Assembly (NCBI GenBank): GCA_034429995.1
Contig: DAOUEZ010000007.1
Location: 9,362 to 73,361 of the forward strand
Source: Dehalococcoidia bacterium
GTDB lineage: Bacteria; Chloroflexota; Dehalococcoidia; SM23-28-2
Direction: 5' to 3'
DNA length: 64,000 nt
Positions 49,061 to 58,865 of the stretch are shown piece by piece; the first letter of the stretch is position 1; each line of letters opens with the position of its first letter. Position numbers and translations under genes: made by a program. A model generated the notes under the pieces. It did no database searches. It saw only the letters and a list, made by a program, of their open reading frames with translations, and was not told where the DNA came from.

Positions 49061-52000
49061 TTACTGATCGAGATCTTCGGGTTCTCCTTCGTCGTGTGGG
49101 GAGGTTGTGGGGGTGGTGGGTTGGTGGGGGCGGATGAAGGCGAAGTAGTCGCGAAGGGCGGCAAGGTCGGCGTCGGTTAGGCCGTAGAGCGAGGCGACGA
49201 GGCGGTCGAGCTCGTCTTCGAGGGCGGGCCGGTCGGGGCGGGAGGGGTCTTGGTGGAGGAGGCGGCTTATCTCCTCGAGGCGGTGGACTGCGGGATCGGC
49301 GGTGCCGTCCCGGAGGAGGGTGACGATGGCCTCTGGGACGGGGAGGAGGCCGAGGACCCAGGCGTCAAACTGAGCGTATGCGCCGCGAGCATGCCTGGTA
49401 GGCACTGAGAGGAAAGCCCTGGAGGCGGCGGCGTTTAGCCAGGCAGCAAGGACGTAGCCTGCAGTGGGGGTTGGCACAGGGATGCTGTAGACGTTATCAA
49501 GAGGCAAGAGCTCGACTTCACCTTGGAGCGCGGACTCGTGCGTGGCCGGGGGAAGGTAGGCGGCCTCGAGGATGGCGGATATTCTTTTCCAGGCAACCTT
49601 GTGGCCGAGCTTGTCTTTACTGACGCGAAAGATAGCCCAAGGAGGCATGTTGGACCGGTAGTCGTTCCGAGCCCGCAGGGCGGCGGCGTGGCGTTCAAAG
49701 TATTCCTTCGCCTTGGGTGGGAGGTCGGGGAGGACGCGGCCGGTTTGGTCATCGTGGGTCCAGAGGATGTAGTCTTGGACGCGGTAGCGCCAGGCCTGTA
49801 TGTCTGCTGCCTGGACGATAGGTCGCAGTAGGCGTCTTTCTACGCGGGCCATGTACTTCACCCGTTCCTGTTCCGGAGTGCGAGCTTCGTAGTACCCCTC
49901 GCTCCTTATCAGGACGTCAGCGGGAGATTCAGTAGCTTGGAGGCTTTTCACTACATACAGGGCGGTGAAGGATGTCTTGATGCCCATCTGGGGCTGGTGG
50001 CCGGGCGTCTCGCCTAAGAGGGGCCGCAGCCGAGGGGAGCCGTCGGGGGCGGGGGCGGCGGCGGTCTGCATGCGGTCGAAGGCGCGACGGACGGGAGGGG
50101 GGACAAGGGCCCAGGGGGATTCGGCGTCGTAGTCCAGGAGCGGTAGGTCGGACTTCAGGAGCGGTAGGTCGGTCTGGGGAAGGTTGAACGCGAGGCGGTC
50201 GCCCGTGGGGCCGATGACCACTGCGGATAGCTGGTGGCGCGGTTCAGGGGCGCTGTTCTCGAAGCTGAGGATCAACGGGTAGTTGGTGGCGTCCTCGAAG
50301 AGGGGCGTGGCGTGGAGGGAGTAGTCGGAGAGGTGGAGGATGCGGGTGTTCTGGACGAGAGCCTTGCGGAGGGCGTTGCCGTAGAGGGCGTGGATAACCT
50401 TGGAGGTGATAATGAAGCCGAGGCGGCCGCCGGGTCTGAGGAATTCGATGCCACGCTCGACGAAGGGCAAGGCGTAGTCGATCTGGCGGGCGAAGCCGCG
50501 GCCGGCGCCGGCTAGCTGGGCGCCGCGGCGCCAGCCGGCGTCCATGCAAAGGCTGTACTCAGCGAAGAGACGCTCACGGATGTGGGGGCTGATGTTGTGA
50601 ATGCGGACCCAGGGAGGGTTGCCAACGACGAAGTCACAGGTTTGGCGAAGCTCCTCGACGTTGAGGGTGTTGTGGAGGAGGGGAAGCCAGCGCATGTCGC
50701 GGTTACGGTTGTGCCTCTTGACGATCTGGGTGACGAAGCGGCGGATTGTGTCTTCGTAGGGTAGGTAGGTGTCCTGGGGAACGTCCTGCCAGAAGCGGGC
50801 CCACACGGCGTCGAGGTCGAGGGTCGGCTGGGGGAAGCGGGCGATGGCCTGCTTGACGCGGGCCATGAGGTCGTGCCAATCGAGGTCGCTATGATGGGGG
50901 AGGGCGAACTTTTCGTCGAGGCCGGGGAGGTGGACGGTCACAAGCCGTCGCATGCCGGGTAGGGTCTCGCGGGCGGCGCTGAGGCGAAGGAGGGAGTCGG
51001 CCCAGTAAATGGGAATGGGGATGGAGCGGGCGGTGGGCAGAAGGTCAGCGATAGCGAGGATGTAGTTGACGCGGGCCATGGCGACGGCAAAGGGATGGAT
51101 GTCGACGCCGATGATGTTGTGGGTGACGGCGCGGATGAGAGCCTGGTCGTCGGCGGTTTGGTTGGCGTGGATGAGGCGCTGGATGGCCCTGATGAGGAAG
51201 GTGCCGCTGCCGCAGGTGATGTCGGCGAGGCGCTTATCTAGCTGGCCGGTGTAGCCAACAGCATCAAGGGCCTCATCAACGAGATCCGGCGAGGTGTAGA
51301 ACTCGCCCAGGGCGCGGCGGGCGGCGGGATCGAGGAAGCGCTGGTAGACCAAACGCAGGAAGTCGTGGCCGACGGCGACGAGGTCGACGTCATCGAGGTT
51401 CTGGGCCATGGTGTGCAGGGAATTGTTGAGGGAGTTTTCGGTGGTGCGGTCGTAGGCGGCGGCGTCGGAAGGCCACAGGAACACGTCCTCTTCAAAGACT
51501 CCAGCGAGGCGGGGGATGTAGCGTTCCAATTGGCTGAGAGCAAGGACGGGGCTCTGCTGGCCGAAGAGTTCGGTGAGGGAGGCATAGTGGGTGAGCTGTT
51601 GCTGGACGGCAACGCGGGCGACGAGCAGCTTGAGGAGAGTAGCGAGGTACGTTTCTACGACGAATAGGTATTCTTCTACGTGAGCCTTGGAGCGTAGGGT
51701 GATGCCCATCTGGCTGGCTGCCCGCTTCAGCCCTTGTGTGGTTTCGGCGGTGAGGTTGGTGGTTACGCCGTAGAGGCCCTGCCAAACCTTGAAGACCTCT
51801 TCGATGAAGCCGACCTGAGTGCGGAACTGGCGGAACGACTGCCAGAGCACGTCGATCATTTCGTGGGCGGGGTCGGAGGTGGGGCCTAGGCGGGCCACAA
51901 AGTCGGCGGGCTCGATGACATCTCCGGCAAGGGAGATAAGCCAGGCCTGGAGCTTGGTGGCGAGGGTGGAGGGGCGGCCGGAAGCGATGGCTTGGCCTGC

Positions 52001-52366
52001 CTCGTCAAGGAGAGTCATATGGAGGCCGTCGTAGGCGACCCCGCGAGCTTGCCTGCCACCGTGGCGGGCGGAGAACTCCTGGATGTAGCCCTTGGCCTGG
52101 GAGACGGCGGCCTCGATTCCTGGCCCTGCTGGCTGGGGAAGCTTGGCCTCGAAGACGATGGCGCCGACGCGGGCGTCGGGGCGGCCGGTTACCAGCTTCT
52201 GGTCTAAGACGATTTGGACGCCCCTCTGAGCGATGCCCTTGTGATGAAGGAACTGATTGAGGGCCTCGACGAAGTGCTGACGGAGGGTGGACTCCTCGTG
52301 TATTTGGGGAGCCCTGCGCTCCAGGGCCGCGAGGCGTCTGGGGAGAGACGGTGCCTGCGGGACCAT
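49061..52366 (-). CDS. Type IIG-like restriction endonuclease / N6-adenine methyltransferase fusion
   Basis: N-terminal PDARVGAIVFEAK (PD-x7-ExK), GEFYTSP, motif I DITCGSGTFL, motif IV GNPPW, C-terminal TRD-like region; 1101 aa. The exact start is uncertain. Confidence 0.82.
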   Translation of the reverse strand: MVPQAPSLPRRLAALERRAPQIHEESTLRQHFVEALNQFLHHKGIAQRGVQIVLDQKLVTGRPDARVGAIVFEAKLPQPAGPGIEAAVSQAKGYIQEFSARHGGRQARGVAYDGLHMTLLDEAGQAIASGRPSTLATKLQAWLISLAGDVIEPADFVARLGPTSDPAHEMIDVLWQSFRQFRTQVGFIEEVFKVWQGLYGVTTNLTAETTQGLKRAASQMGITLRSKAHVEEYLFVVETYLATLLKLLVARVAVQQQLTHYASLTELFGQQSPVLALSQLERYIPRLAGVFEEDVFLWPSDAAAYDRTTENSLNNSLHTMAQNLDDVDLVAVGHDFLRLVYQRFLDPAARRALGEFYTSPDLVDEALDAVGYTGQLDKRLADITCGSGTFLIRAIQRLIHANQTADDQALIRAVTHNIIGVDIHPFAVAMARVNYILAIADLLPTARSIPIPIYWADSLLRLSAARETLPGMRRLVTVHLPGLDEKFALPHHSDLDWHDLMARVKQAIARFPQPTLDLDAVWARFWQDVPQDTYLPYEDTIRRFVTQIVKRHNRNRDMRWLPLLHNTLNVEELRQTCDFVVGNPPWVRIHNISPHIRERLFAEYSLCMDAGWRRGAQLAGAGRGFARQIDYALPFVERGIEFLRPGGRLGFIITSKVIHALYGNALRKALVQNTRILHLSDYSLHATPLFEDATNYPLILSFENSAPEPRHQLSAVVIGPTGDRLAFNLPQTDLPLLKSDLPLLDYDAESPWALVPPPVRRAFDRMQTAAAPAPDGSPRLRPLLGETPGHQPQMGIKTSFTALYVVKSLQATESPADVLIRSEGYYEARTPEQERVKYMARVERRLLRPIVQAADIQAWRYRVQDYILWTHDDQTGRVLPDLPPKAKEYFERHAAALRARNDYRSNMPPWAIFRVSKDKLGHKVAWKRISAILEAAYLPPATHESALQGEVELLPLDNVYSIPVPTPTAGYVLAAWLNAAASRAFLSVPTRHARGAYAQFDAWVLGLLPVPEAIVTLLRDGTADPAVHRLEEISRLLHQDPSRPDRPALEDELDRLVASLYGLTDADLAALRDYFAFIRPHQPTTPTTSPHDEGEPEDLDQ

Positions 52367-52459
52367 GGTATCGCCAGTTTAGCGGCAGGAGGGGGACGCG
52401 GTCAATGGGCGGCCTCGGCAGGGCTGTCCGCCTTGCGGACTCCGCCCCTGGCGGGGAAG

Positions 52460-52584
52460 CCCGTTCGACAGGCTCGCGGCAGGCTCTGCAGCTACTACTC
52501 AGGGCAGGCTCCCTGGTGCGTCATTCTGAGCTGGGCGAAGAATCTGCGCATCGGGCGTAGACCCATCGCTACGCTCAGGGTAAC
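52460..52584. repeat. Cluster of palindromic interspersed repeats
   Basis: CCCGTTCGACAGGCTCGCGGCAGGCTC, CTCAGGGCAGGCTC, and the imperfect inverted pair GTCATTCTGAGC..GCGAAGAATCT (52520-45) / AGACCCATCGCTACGCTCAGGGTAAC (52559-84). Confidence 0.6.
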
Positions 52585-52591
52585 AGGGCGA

Positions 52592-53086
52592 ATGTACAGG
52601 GTGACAGCGGCGGCCTGCGACGTCAAGGGCTTTGTGCAGGGTCTGAAGGGCAAGAGCGAGAAGGAGGCCGAGGATGCCTTGGCCGCCTTCGGGCGCAAGG
52701 TCATGGAGGTCACCATCGGCCTGGCCGACGGCAAGTACCTGGACCGCACCGGCGAGATGATCGAGAAAGTGGCCCAGCAGACGGGCATCTCCTTCCCCCA
52801 CCGCTTTCAGCGCTACGTCGAGCTGTCGATCATCGGGTCCCGTCCCCTCGACCGCTGGAACATCGCCAAGGCCACCACCAAGGAGCTACGGCTGCAGTTG
52901 TTCGCTTGCGCCGTTCAGCGGGAGCTGAAGGAGGCAGGCATCGAGTTCCAGGGGATGCCCTGCAAGGCTCTGTGCATGGCCAGCTTTCGGGCTGCGGCCG
53001 AGAAGACGGGCGATAACCTGCGTATGGAGCTGGAGAAGACCCTGCCTCAGGACAGCGTCTGCGAGTTCGCCTTCTTCTACACTTAG
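52592..53086 (+). CDS. Hypothetical protein, V4R/ligand-binding-like Cys pattern
   Basis: FAC...PCKALC...DSVCEF. Typical host codon usage begins at ~52592; the upstream ORF-track extension runs through the repeats. Confidence 0.55.
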   Translation: MYRVTAAACDVKGFVQGLKGKSEKEAEDALAAFGRKVMEVTIGLADGKYLDRTGEMIEKVAQQTGISFPHRFQRYVELSIIGSRPLDRWNIAKATTKELRLQLFACAVQRELKEAGIEFQGMPCKALCMASFRAAAEKTGDNLRMELEKTLPQDSVCEFAFFYT

Positions 53087-53150
53087 AAGGGTTCAGCACC
53101 AGCAGCGCGGTTCTCACCTTGACCTGAGCCGAGCGAGAGGTCATTTGTAG

Positions 53151-53408
53151 ATGAGGTTAGGCATGCACGAGCCCTTTCAGCCCAAGTGCAGCCACTGTGC
53201 GAAGTTCGTTTACTGCTTCGCCAAGGATAGCCCTCTGGCCGACTGGGGCTACTGCCGGGACCAGATGGCTGACGGCCCGCCTAGGGCGGAGCAACTGCAC
53301 GCCCTGGAGGAAGCGGCCCGCCAGGGCAAGTACGCCCTCCTCTTCTCGCCCAACGTGCCCTTCTACCAAGAGACCGACGACGGCTGCGCCCGCTACCTGC
53401 CGCGCTGA
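53151..53408 (+). CDS. Small Cys-rich hypothetical protein
   Basis: CSHC..YC..WGYC..DDGCARY. Confidence 0.6.
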   Translation: MRLGMHEPFQPKCSHCAKFVYCFAKDSPLADWGYCRDQMADGPPRAEQLHALEEAARQGKYALLFSPNVPFYQETDDGCARYLPR

Positions 53409-53480
53409 CTTGACAGGCCACCCCGGCAGGACTACGGTTGCGATGATTTCCTAGGCTAGCTACATCCGGGGAGGTGAACC

Positions 53481-55031
53481 ATGCGCAGCGTAAGAGCCAA
53501 AGCTGTTCTCTTACTCCTAGGAGGAGTGCTTTTCCTGGGCCTGGTGGCCCTGGCCTGGGCGATGAGTGCGGGCTCCTCCGAAGCCCAGCAGGGCGCTATG
53601 CACAACTGTCCCCAGGCGGGCAAGTGGGCAATATCAGTCTGGAGCGGCCAGGATGGGACCGACACAGGCGAGGCTCTGGCCACCTGCGGGACGGTACCGG
53701 TAACCGCTGCCTACTACATGGACCCCGAGAAGGGCTGGCTCGGCTACTTCGATGGGTTCACCGACATCAGCAACCTGCTGACGCTGAACGATAAGCAGGG
53801 AATCATCGCCCTGGGCTCTGCCCCAGCCACGCCGACGTCGCTGGCCATCCCTGGCGCTACCTACACAGGCACGACATCGCAGGACTTGCTCATCGAGTTC
53901 GAAGTGAGCGCCGACGGGTCGACCATAACGCGGCTCATATACAAGATCAGCGGCACTCTCCCAGGAGGGGGAACCTGCGACAGGTTCACCATCCCAACCG
54001 TGGACGCGCCCATCGAAGACAACAGCTTCTCCATTGCCCGCACCCTGTTCGACATGTCGGGGCACTTCGAAACCCAGTGGCAGGCGACAGGCGAGCTGAC
54101 TGTGCATGAACCCTACTCTGACGGCGTTCTGCCATGCAACGCAGGGCCTCTGACGTGGACGGCCACCGTCCCCTCGGCCACGCCGATGCCCACGCCGACG
54201 CCTCCATCAGGGCCAGGCCAACTGGCCAACTGCCCGCAGGCCGGCAAGTGGGCGATATCGGTGTGGGACGGCCCGAACGGCACCGAGACCGGCCAGGCCC
54301 TGGCCACCTGCGGGACGGTACCGGTAACCGCTGCCTACTACATGGACCCCGAGAAGGGCTGGCTCGGCTACTTCGCTGAGCACACCGACATCAGCAAGCT
54401 GCTGACGCTCGACTATCTGCAAGGGATCATCGTCCTCGGGGGTGCGGCTGCTCCGACGCCCACACCGACGGCCACGCCGGCGCCTGGGGTGCTTAGCGCT
54501 AAGGAGGGCTATCCTTTGGCCCTTCAAGTTGCCAGGGCGGGGCACCCGGATGCCTATCTCTACGAGGTTCAGAGCGGCTGCAATAGTGGCATATGGACCA
54601 GATGTTGGGAGTTTGAATATGACGATATGGCATCCGGGGATGGTCGAAGCACGTATTGGCGCTTCTCCTTCTACTTGCCGGGCGCCAACGAGGATGAGGC
54701 GGGTTTCATGGTGGACGTAGACCGAGGGCAGCCCAAAGAGGGCTACACTTTCGGATACCATGGTTCGGCTCCCACCCTACTGCCTTTGGAGGAGCTGATA
54801 GACAGCACGGAGGCCGTACAAATAGCAGATGCCCGCGGGGGGAGCGCTTACAAAGCGGCCAGTCCGGGCAACCAGCTATGCGGGGCCGAACTACGAAGAC
54901 GGGGAGGGAGGGGGTTCGAGTGGCAGATAGACTACTGTCCCCCGTTCGAGGAAGGAGGGATGGGGCTCGCGGTATATCTAGATGGCAGAACGGGCGAGCT
55001 GAACAAGACAGAGGAGCCCGAGTGGGGCTAG
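53481..55031 (+). CDS. Secreted multidomain protein with internally duplicated NCPQAGKWAISVW domain
   Basis: Signal peptide, RBS GGAGGT, two copies of a ~70-aa domain, PT linkers and a PepSY-like C-terminus (AVQIA...LDGRTGE). Confidence 0.8.
   Translation: MRSVRAKAVLLLLGGVLFLGLVALAWAMSAGSSEAQQGAMHNCPQAGKWAISVWSGQDGTDTGEALATCGTVPVTAAYYMDPEKGWLGYFDGFTDISNLLTLNDKQGIIALGSAPATPTSLAIPGATYTGTTSQDLLIEFEVSADGSTITRLIYKISGTLPGGGTCDRFTIPTVDAPIEDNSFSIARTLFDMSGHFETQWQATGELTVHEPYSDGVLPCNAGPLTWTATVPSATPMPTPTPPSGPGQLANCPQAGKWAISVWDGPNGTETGQALATCGTVPVTAAYYMDPEKGWLGYFAEHTDISKLLTLDYLQGIIVLGGAAAPTPTPTATPAPGVLSAKEGYPLALQVARAGHPDAYLYEVQSGCNSGIWTRCWEFEYDDMASGDGRSTYWRFSFYLPGANEDEAGFMVDVDRGQPKEGYTFGYHGSAPTLLPLEELIDSTEAVQIADARGGSAYKAASPGNQLCGAELRRRGGRGFEWQIDYCPPFEEGGMGLAVYLDGRTGELNKTEEPEWG
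53676..53751 (+). repeat. 76-bp exact direct repeat, copy 1
   Basis: Identical to 54300-54375 by manual comparison. Confidence 0.85.
54300..54375 (+). repeat. 76-bp exact direct repeat, copy 2
   Basis: Identical to 53676-53751. Confidence 0.85.
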
Positions 55032-55174
55032 TCCCCCTGGTTCCCCTCGCGTCTTCGCCATACGTGGTGGCGACCGTCCTGCGCGGGACGGTTAGCAGGC
55101 CATAGGCGCTGGCTGCGCGGCTAAAGTCGGCGGCTTCCTGTCGCTATAATGCCCTCGTGATGAACCACGCCGCC

Positions 55175-55191
55175 GAAGTCCGCCAGCGCCT
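55175..55191 (+). repeat. 17-bp direct repeat, left of the TA cassette
   Basis: GAAGTCCGCCAGCGCCT matches 55774-55790 at 16 of 17 positions. Confidence 0.75.
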
Positions 55192-55241
55192 TGTCGCTTT
55201 CCCGCCTTTGTGGTATTATGCTTTGGCGAGGGGTGATCAAC

Positions 55242-55481
55242 ATGGCACGAGAGCTAGCGCTGAATACCCGCATAACGGTTGACTTGGGCAATGCCGCCTT
55301 GTATCGCAGCGTCAAAGTCCTCTCCGCATATCAGGGCCGGGCGCTGCGGGACATTGTGGCCGAGGCGCTGAGGGAGTGGCTGGAGAAGCAGGAGGAGCTC
55401 GAGGACTTGCAGGAGTTCCTGGCGGCAGAAGGTGAGCCGGGGAGGCCTCTGCGGGAGATCATGGCTGAACCCGGCGAATGA
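55242..55481 (+). CDS. Ribbon-helix-helix antitoxin
   Basis: TRITVDL...LRDIVAEALREWLE followed by an acidic tail; stop overlaps the relE start (ATGA). Confidence 0.8.
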   Translation: MARELALNTRITVDLGNAALYRSVKVLSAYQGRALRDIVAEALREWLEKQEELEDLQEFLAAEGEPGRPLREIMAEPGE

Positions 55482-55747
55482 GCTCTCGCTAGGAGGTCGT
55501 CGTCCTCCGGCCGGCTGAGAAGGAGATCCGGCGACTCGCCCCAAAGATCCGTCGGCAGATACTTGAGAAGCTAGTCGGGCTGGAGACCAACCCTCGCCCG
55601 CAGGACGTGAGGCGTCTTCACGGGGTAGAGCGGGGCTACCGAGTGGATAGCGGTGAGTATCGAATCCTCTACGAGATCGACGACGCGGAAAGGCGGGCCG
55701 TTGTGCGCGTAGTCAAGCATCGCAAGGACGTCTACCGGAACCTTTGA
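55478..55747 (+). pseudogene. relE: RelE/ParE family toxin with premature TAG at codon 5
   Basis: Manual translation MSSR*EVVVLRPAEKEIRRL...NPRPQDVRRLHG...YRVDSGEYRILYEIDD...VKHRKDVYRNL; TAG at 55490-55492; missing from the ORF track. Confidence 0.82.
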
Positions 55748-55761
55748 GGTTGCATCTGGCT

Positions 55762-56814
55762 GTGCGTGAGTATGAGGTCCGCCAGCGCCTGGAGGAGCGC
55801 GAGTCGCTCCTCTCACCCTTCGCCGCCAGGAGCTGCGAATCGCGCGGGCGGGAGCGGCCGGAGGAGCCCTCGCCCCTGCGCACGGAGTTCCAGCGCGACC
55901 GCGACCGCATCATCCACTGCAAGGCCTTCCGCCGCCTGAAGCACAAGACGCAGGTGTTCATCGCCCCCGTGGGCGACCACTTCGTCACCCGCCTCACCCA
56001 CACCCTGGAGGTGGCCCAGATCGCCCGCACCATCGCCCGCGCCCTCAACCTGAACGAGGACCTGACGGAGGCCATCGCCCTGGGCCACGACCTGGGCCAT
56101 CCGCCCTTCGGCCACGCCGGCGAGGAGGCCCTGGCCGAGCTCCTGCCCGAGGGCTTCCGCCACGCCGAGCAGAGCCTGCGGGTTGTAGAGCGCCTGGAGA
56201 ACGGCGGCCATGGTCTCAACCTCACCTGGGAGGTGCGCGACGGCATCGTCAACAGCTCCAAGGGGCGGCAGGACATCCTGGCCGACACCCTCGGCATGCC
56301 GGCTACCCTGGAGGGACAGGTCGTGCGGCTGGCCGACGCCGTGGCCTACATCAATCACGACATCGCCGACGCCGTGCGGGCGGACATCCTGACCGAGGAG
56401 GAGCTGCCCGCCGCCGTGAGCGAAGCCCTGGGGCGCGGTCACTCCCAACGCATCAACACCCTGGTGTGCGACATCGTCGACCACTCGTGGGCGGCGACCG
56501 GCCTGGTAGCGAGCGAAGCCTCTCCCCGCATCGGCATGGGGCCATCCATCGAGAAAGCGGCCAACGCCCTGCGGGAGTTCCTCTTCCAGCGGGTCTACCT
56601 GTGGGAGGACAGGCAAGGAGAGGTAGAGCAGGCCAAACGAGTGGTGCGTTTCCTGTTCCAATATTATGTGGAGCGGCCGCAGCAGATCGATAGCGACTTC
56701 CTGATTTCGTCGGACCCACCCTGGCGCCAGGCAGCCGATTACGTCGCCGGCATGACCGACCTGTTCGCCCTGAATACGGCCGCCCGCCTGGGCTTCAGAG
56801 AGGAAAGGCTATGA
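55762..56814 (+). CDS. dgt: Deoxyguanosinetriphosphate triphosphohydrolase-like protein
   Basis: FQRDRDRIIH, FRRLKHKTQVF, TRLTHTLEV, GHDLGHPPFGHAGE, DYVAGMTD. Start uncertain (55744, 55750 or 55762). Confidence 0.93.
   Translation: MREYEVRQRLEERESLLSPFAARSCESRGRERPEEPSPLRTEFQRDRDRIIHCKAFRRLKHKTQVFIAPVGDHFVTRLTHTLEVAQIARTIARALNLNEDLTEAIALGHDLGHPPFGHAGEEALAELLPEGFRHAEQSLRVVERLENGGHGLNLTWEVRDGIVNSSKGRQDILADTLGMPATLEGQVVRLADAVAYINHDIADAVRADILTEEELPAAVSEALGRGHSQRINTLVCDIVDHSWAATGLVASEASPRIGMGPSIEKAANALREFLFQRVYLWEDRQGEVEQAKRVVRFLFQYYVERPQQIDSDFLISSDPPWRQAADYVAGMTDLFALNTAARLGFREERL
55774..55790 (+). repeat. 17-bp direct repeat, right of the TA cassette (inside the dgt 5' end)
   Basis: GAGGTCCGCCAGCGCCT. 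Confidence 0.75.
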
Positions 56815-56969
56815 AGGCCAGGACGCCTTTCGGGTGCAGAAGATCCGGCGTTTTGTGACGCAGAAGGCCCGTCGGAACGTAACTTTTGGCGCTCTCTTAT
56901 GTTCTATATTTCGGTGGGGCAACACACCGTGTATAATGAGGGCTGATCATTTGTTCGACTGGTTATGTC

Positions 56970-58865
56970 ATGAGCGTCGTCGATGAGGTGAAGCAGCGGC
57001 TGGACATAGTGGACGTCGTGGGCCAGTATGTCCAGCTCCAGAAGGCAGGCCGCAACTTCAAGGCCATCTGCCCCTTCCACAGCGAGCGCACGCCGTCTTT
57101 CTTCGTCTCGCCGGAAAGGCAGAGCTGGCACTGTTTCGGCGCCTGCGGCACCGGCGGCGACATCTTCTCCTTCGTGATGAAGAAGGAGAACCTGGAGTTC
57201 GTCGAGGCCCTGCGCCTATTGGCCGAGCGGGCGGGAGTGACGCTAGCGGAGCGGCGACCGGAGGAGGAAGCCAAAAGGGATAGGCTGCGGGAGGCCAATG
57301 AGGCCGCTGCCCGGTTCTACCATCGGGCGCTTCTGTCTAGCGAAGCGGGACAAACGGCAAGGCGGTACCTCGAGGAGCGCGACCTGGACCTGAAGACGAT
57401 CCAGGACTTTCAGCTTGGCTACAGCCTCAGCGGCTGGGATAGCCTCTGCCAGCATCTCAGGGAGCGTGGCTATGGCGATGAGGAGCTGGTGGCGGCTGGT
57501 CTGGCCGTCGAGGGGGAGCGGGGTCTGCGCGACCTCTTCCATCAGCGCCTCATGTTCCCGATCACCGATATGCGAGGGCGGGTGGTAGGCTTCGGTGGCC
57601 GCTCGCTGCCCATCGAGGGGCAGGAGGAAGCTCAGCCCAAGTATTTGAACACACCCCAGACAGCCATTTTCGACAAAGGCAGCCTCCTGTACGCCCTGGA
57701 CAAGGCGAGGGAGCACATCCGCCGCCAGGGTTTGGCAGTGATTGTGGAGGGATACACGGACGCCATCGCCGCCCATCAGCACGGCTTCCCTAATGTGGTG
57801 GCCTCCATGGGGACAGCCCTCAGCGAGCGCCAGGTACGCCTCCTGAAGCGTTTCAGCCGTGATGTCGTTCTGGCATTGGACGCTGATACCGCCGGTCAGG
57901 AGGCAACACTGCGGGCAGTGGAATACCAGGACATACTGGGACGGGACATCCGAGTGGTCATTCTCCCTCAGGGCCGCGATCCCGACCAGGTGATTCGAAG
58001 CGATCCAGAAGCCTGGCCAGCCCTGCTGGAGGACGCCCAGCCGCTGCTCGACTACAAGTTCGAGGCGGTGAGCTCCGCCCTCGACCTCTCCCAGCCGCGG
58101 CAACGCTCACAGGCGGTGGACGAGCTCCTGCCCCTGCTGGCAGCCATCGGCGATAAGATTGTGCAGGCCCATTACTTGCAGCGGCTGGCCCGCCTGGCTC
58201 AGGTCAGGGAATCGGCCCTGCATCAGATGCTCCTTCGCCAGGGGCGTAAGCAAGGGCGCAGCAGAGAGGCGGCTGCCGAGGGAGAGACCGTAGCAGAAGT
58301 CAGGCCTCTGCGGGACGTGCCGGAAGAACATTGCCTCGAACTCCTTCTGCGTTACCCGGAGCTGAGAAACGAGGGATTGGCTCTCTCACTCGACCTGTTC
58401 TGGCAGACGGAGAACCGCGAGCTGCTCCAGCTCTGGCAGCGAGCGGTCGACCTAGAGGAACTGGCGCAGCTGATCCCTTCGGAGCTGAAAGAGCACCTTC
58501 AGCGCTTGAGCGGGGCACCGCTGCCGCCCTTCCCACCCGAGCTAGCGCTTGAGCGTCTGCGGGGGTCTATCGGCAGTCTGAAGAAGCGGGAAGTCCGCCA
58601 GGCGAAGGAGCTTACAGGCGCCGCCCTGGCCGCTCGGGAAGAGGAGGGGGGCCCGACCGGCGCCGAAGAGCTGGCAGCGGCTGCTCAGGCCTCGCGCTCT
58701 GGCTCGCCGCCCGAGGAAATTGGGTCGCGAGAGGTATCGCAGACGACCGCCCTGCTCCTGAAGGATATGGAAATAGGCATAAGACTGCATCGAAGTAGTA
58801 AAATAGAGATGGGTGATGATCAGGACTTTGCGGACAACGGCCCCGAGGTGGAAGTGAATGACTGA
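56970..58865 (+). CDS. dnaG: DNA primase
   Basis: [11 protein letters not shown]...[31 protein letters not shown]. Confidence 0.97.
   Translation: MSVVDEVKQRLDIVDVVGQYVQLQKAGRNFKAICPFHSERTPSFFVSPERQSWHCFGACGTGGDIFSFVMKKENLEFVEALRLLAERAGVTLAERRPEEEAKRDRLREANEAAARFYHRALLSSEAGQTARRYLEERDLDLKTIQDFQLGYSLSGWDSLCQHLRERGYGDEELVAAGLAVEGERGLRDLFHQRLMFPITDMRGRVVGFGGRSLPIEGQEEAQPKYLNTPQTAIFDKGSLLYALDKAREHIRRQGLAVIVEGYTDAIAAHQHGFPNVVASMGTALSERQVRLLKRFSRDVVLALDADTAGQEATLRAVEYQDILGRDIRVVILPQGRDPDQVIRSDPEAWPALLEDAQPLLDYKFEAVSSALDLSQPRQRSQAVDELLPLLAAIGDKIVQAHYLQRLARLAQVRESALHQMLLRQGRKQGRSREAAAEGETVAEVRPLRDVPEEHCLELLLRYPELRNEGLALSLDLFWQTENRELLQLWQRAVDLEELAQLIPSELKEHLQRLSGAPLPPFPPELALERLRGSIGSLKKREVRQAKELTGAALAAREEEGGPTGAEELAAAAQASRSGSPPEEIGSREVSQTTALLLKDMEIGIRLHRSSKIEMGDDQDFADNGPEVEVND

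Noticed and set aside
55490-55492. Pyrrolysine read-through of the relE TAG
   Set aside because: The position is not catalytic, no pyl genes are in the window, and a point mutation from a Tyr codon is simpler.
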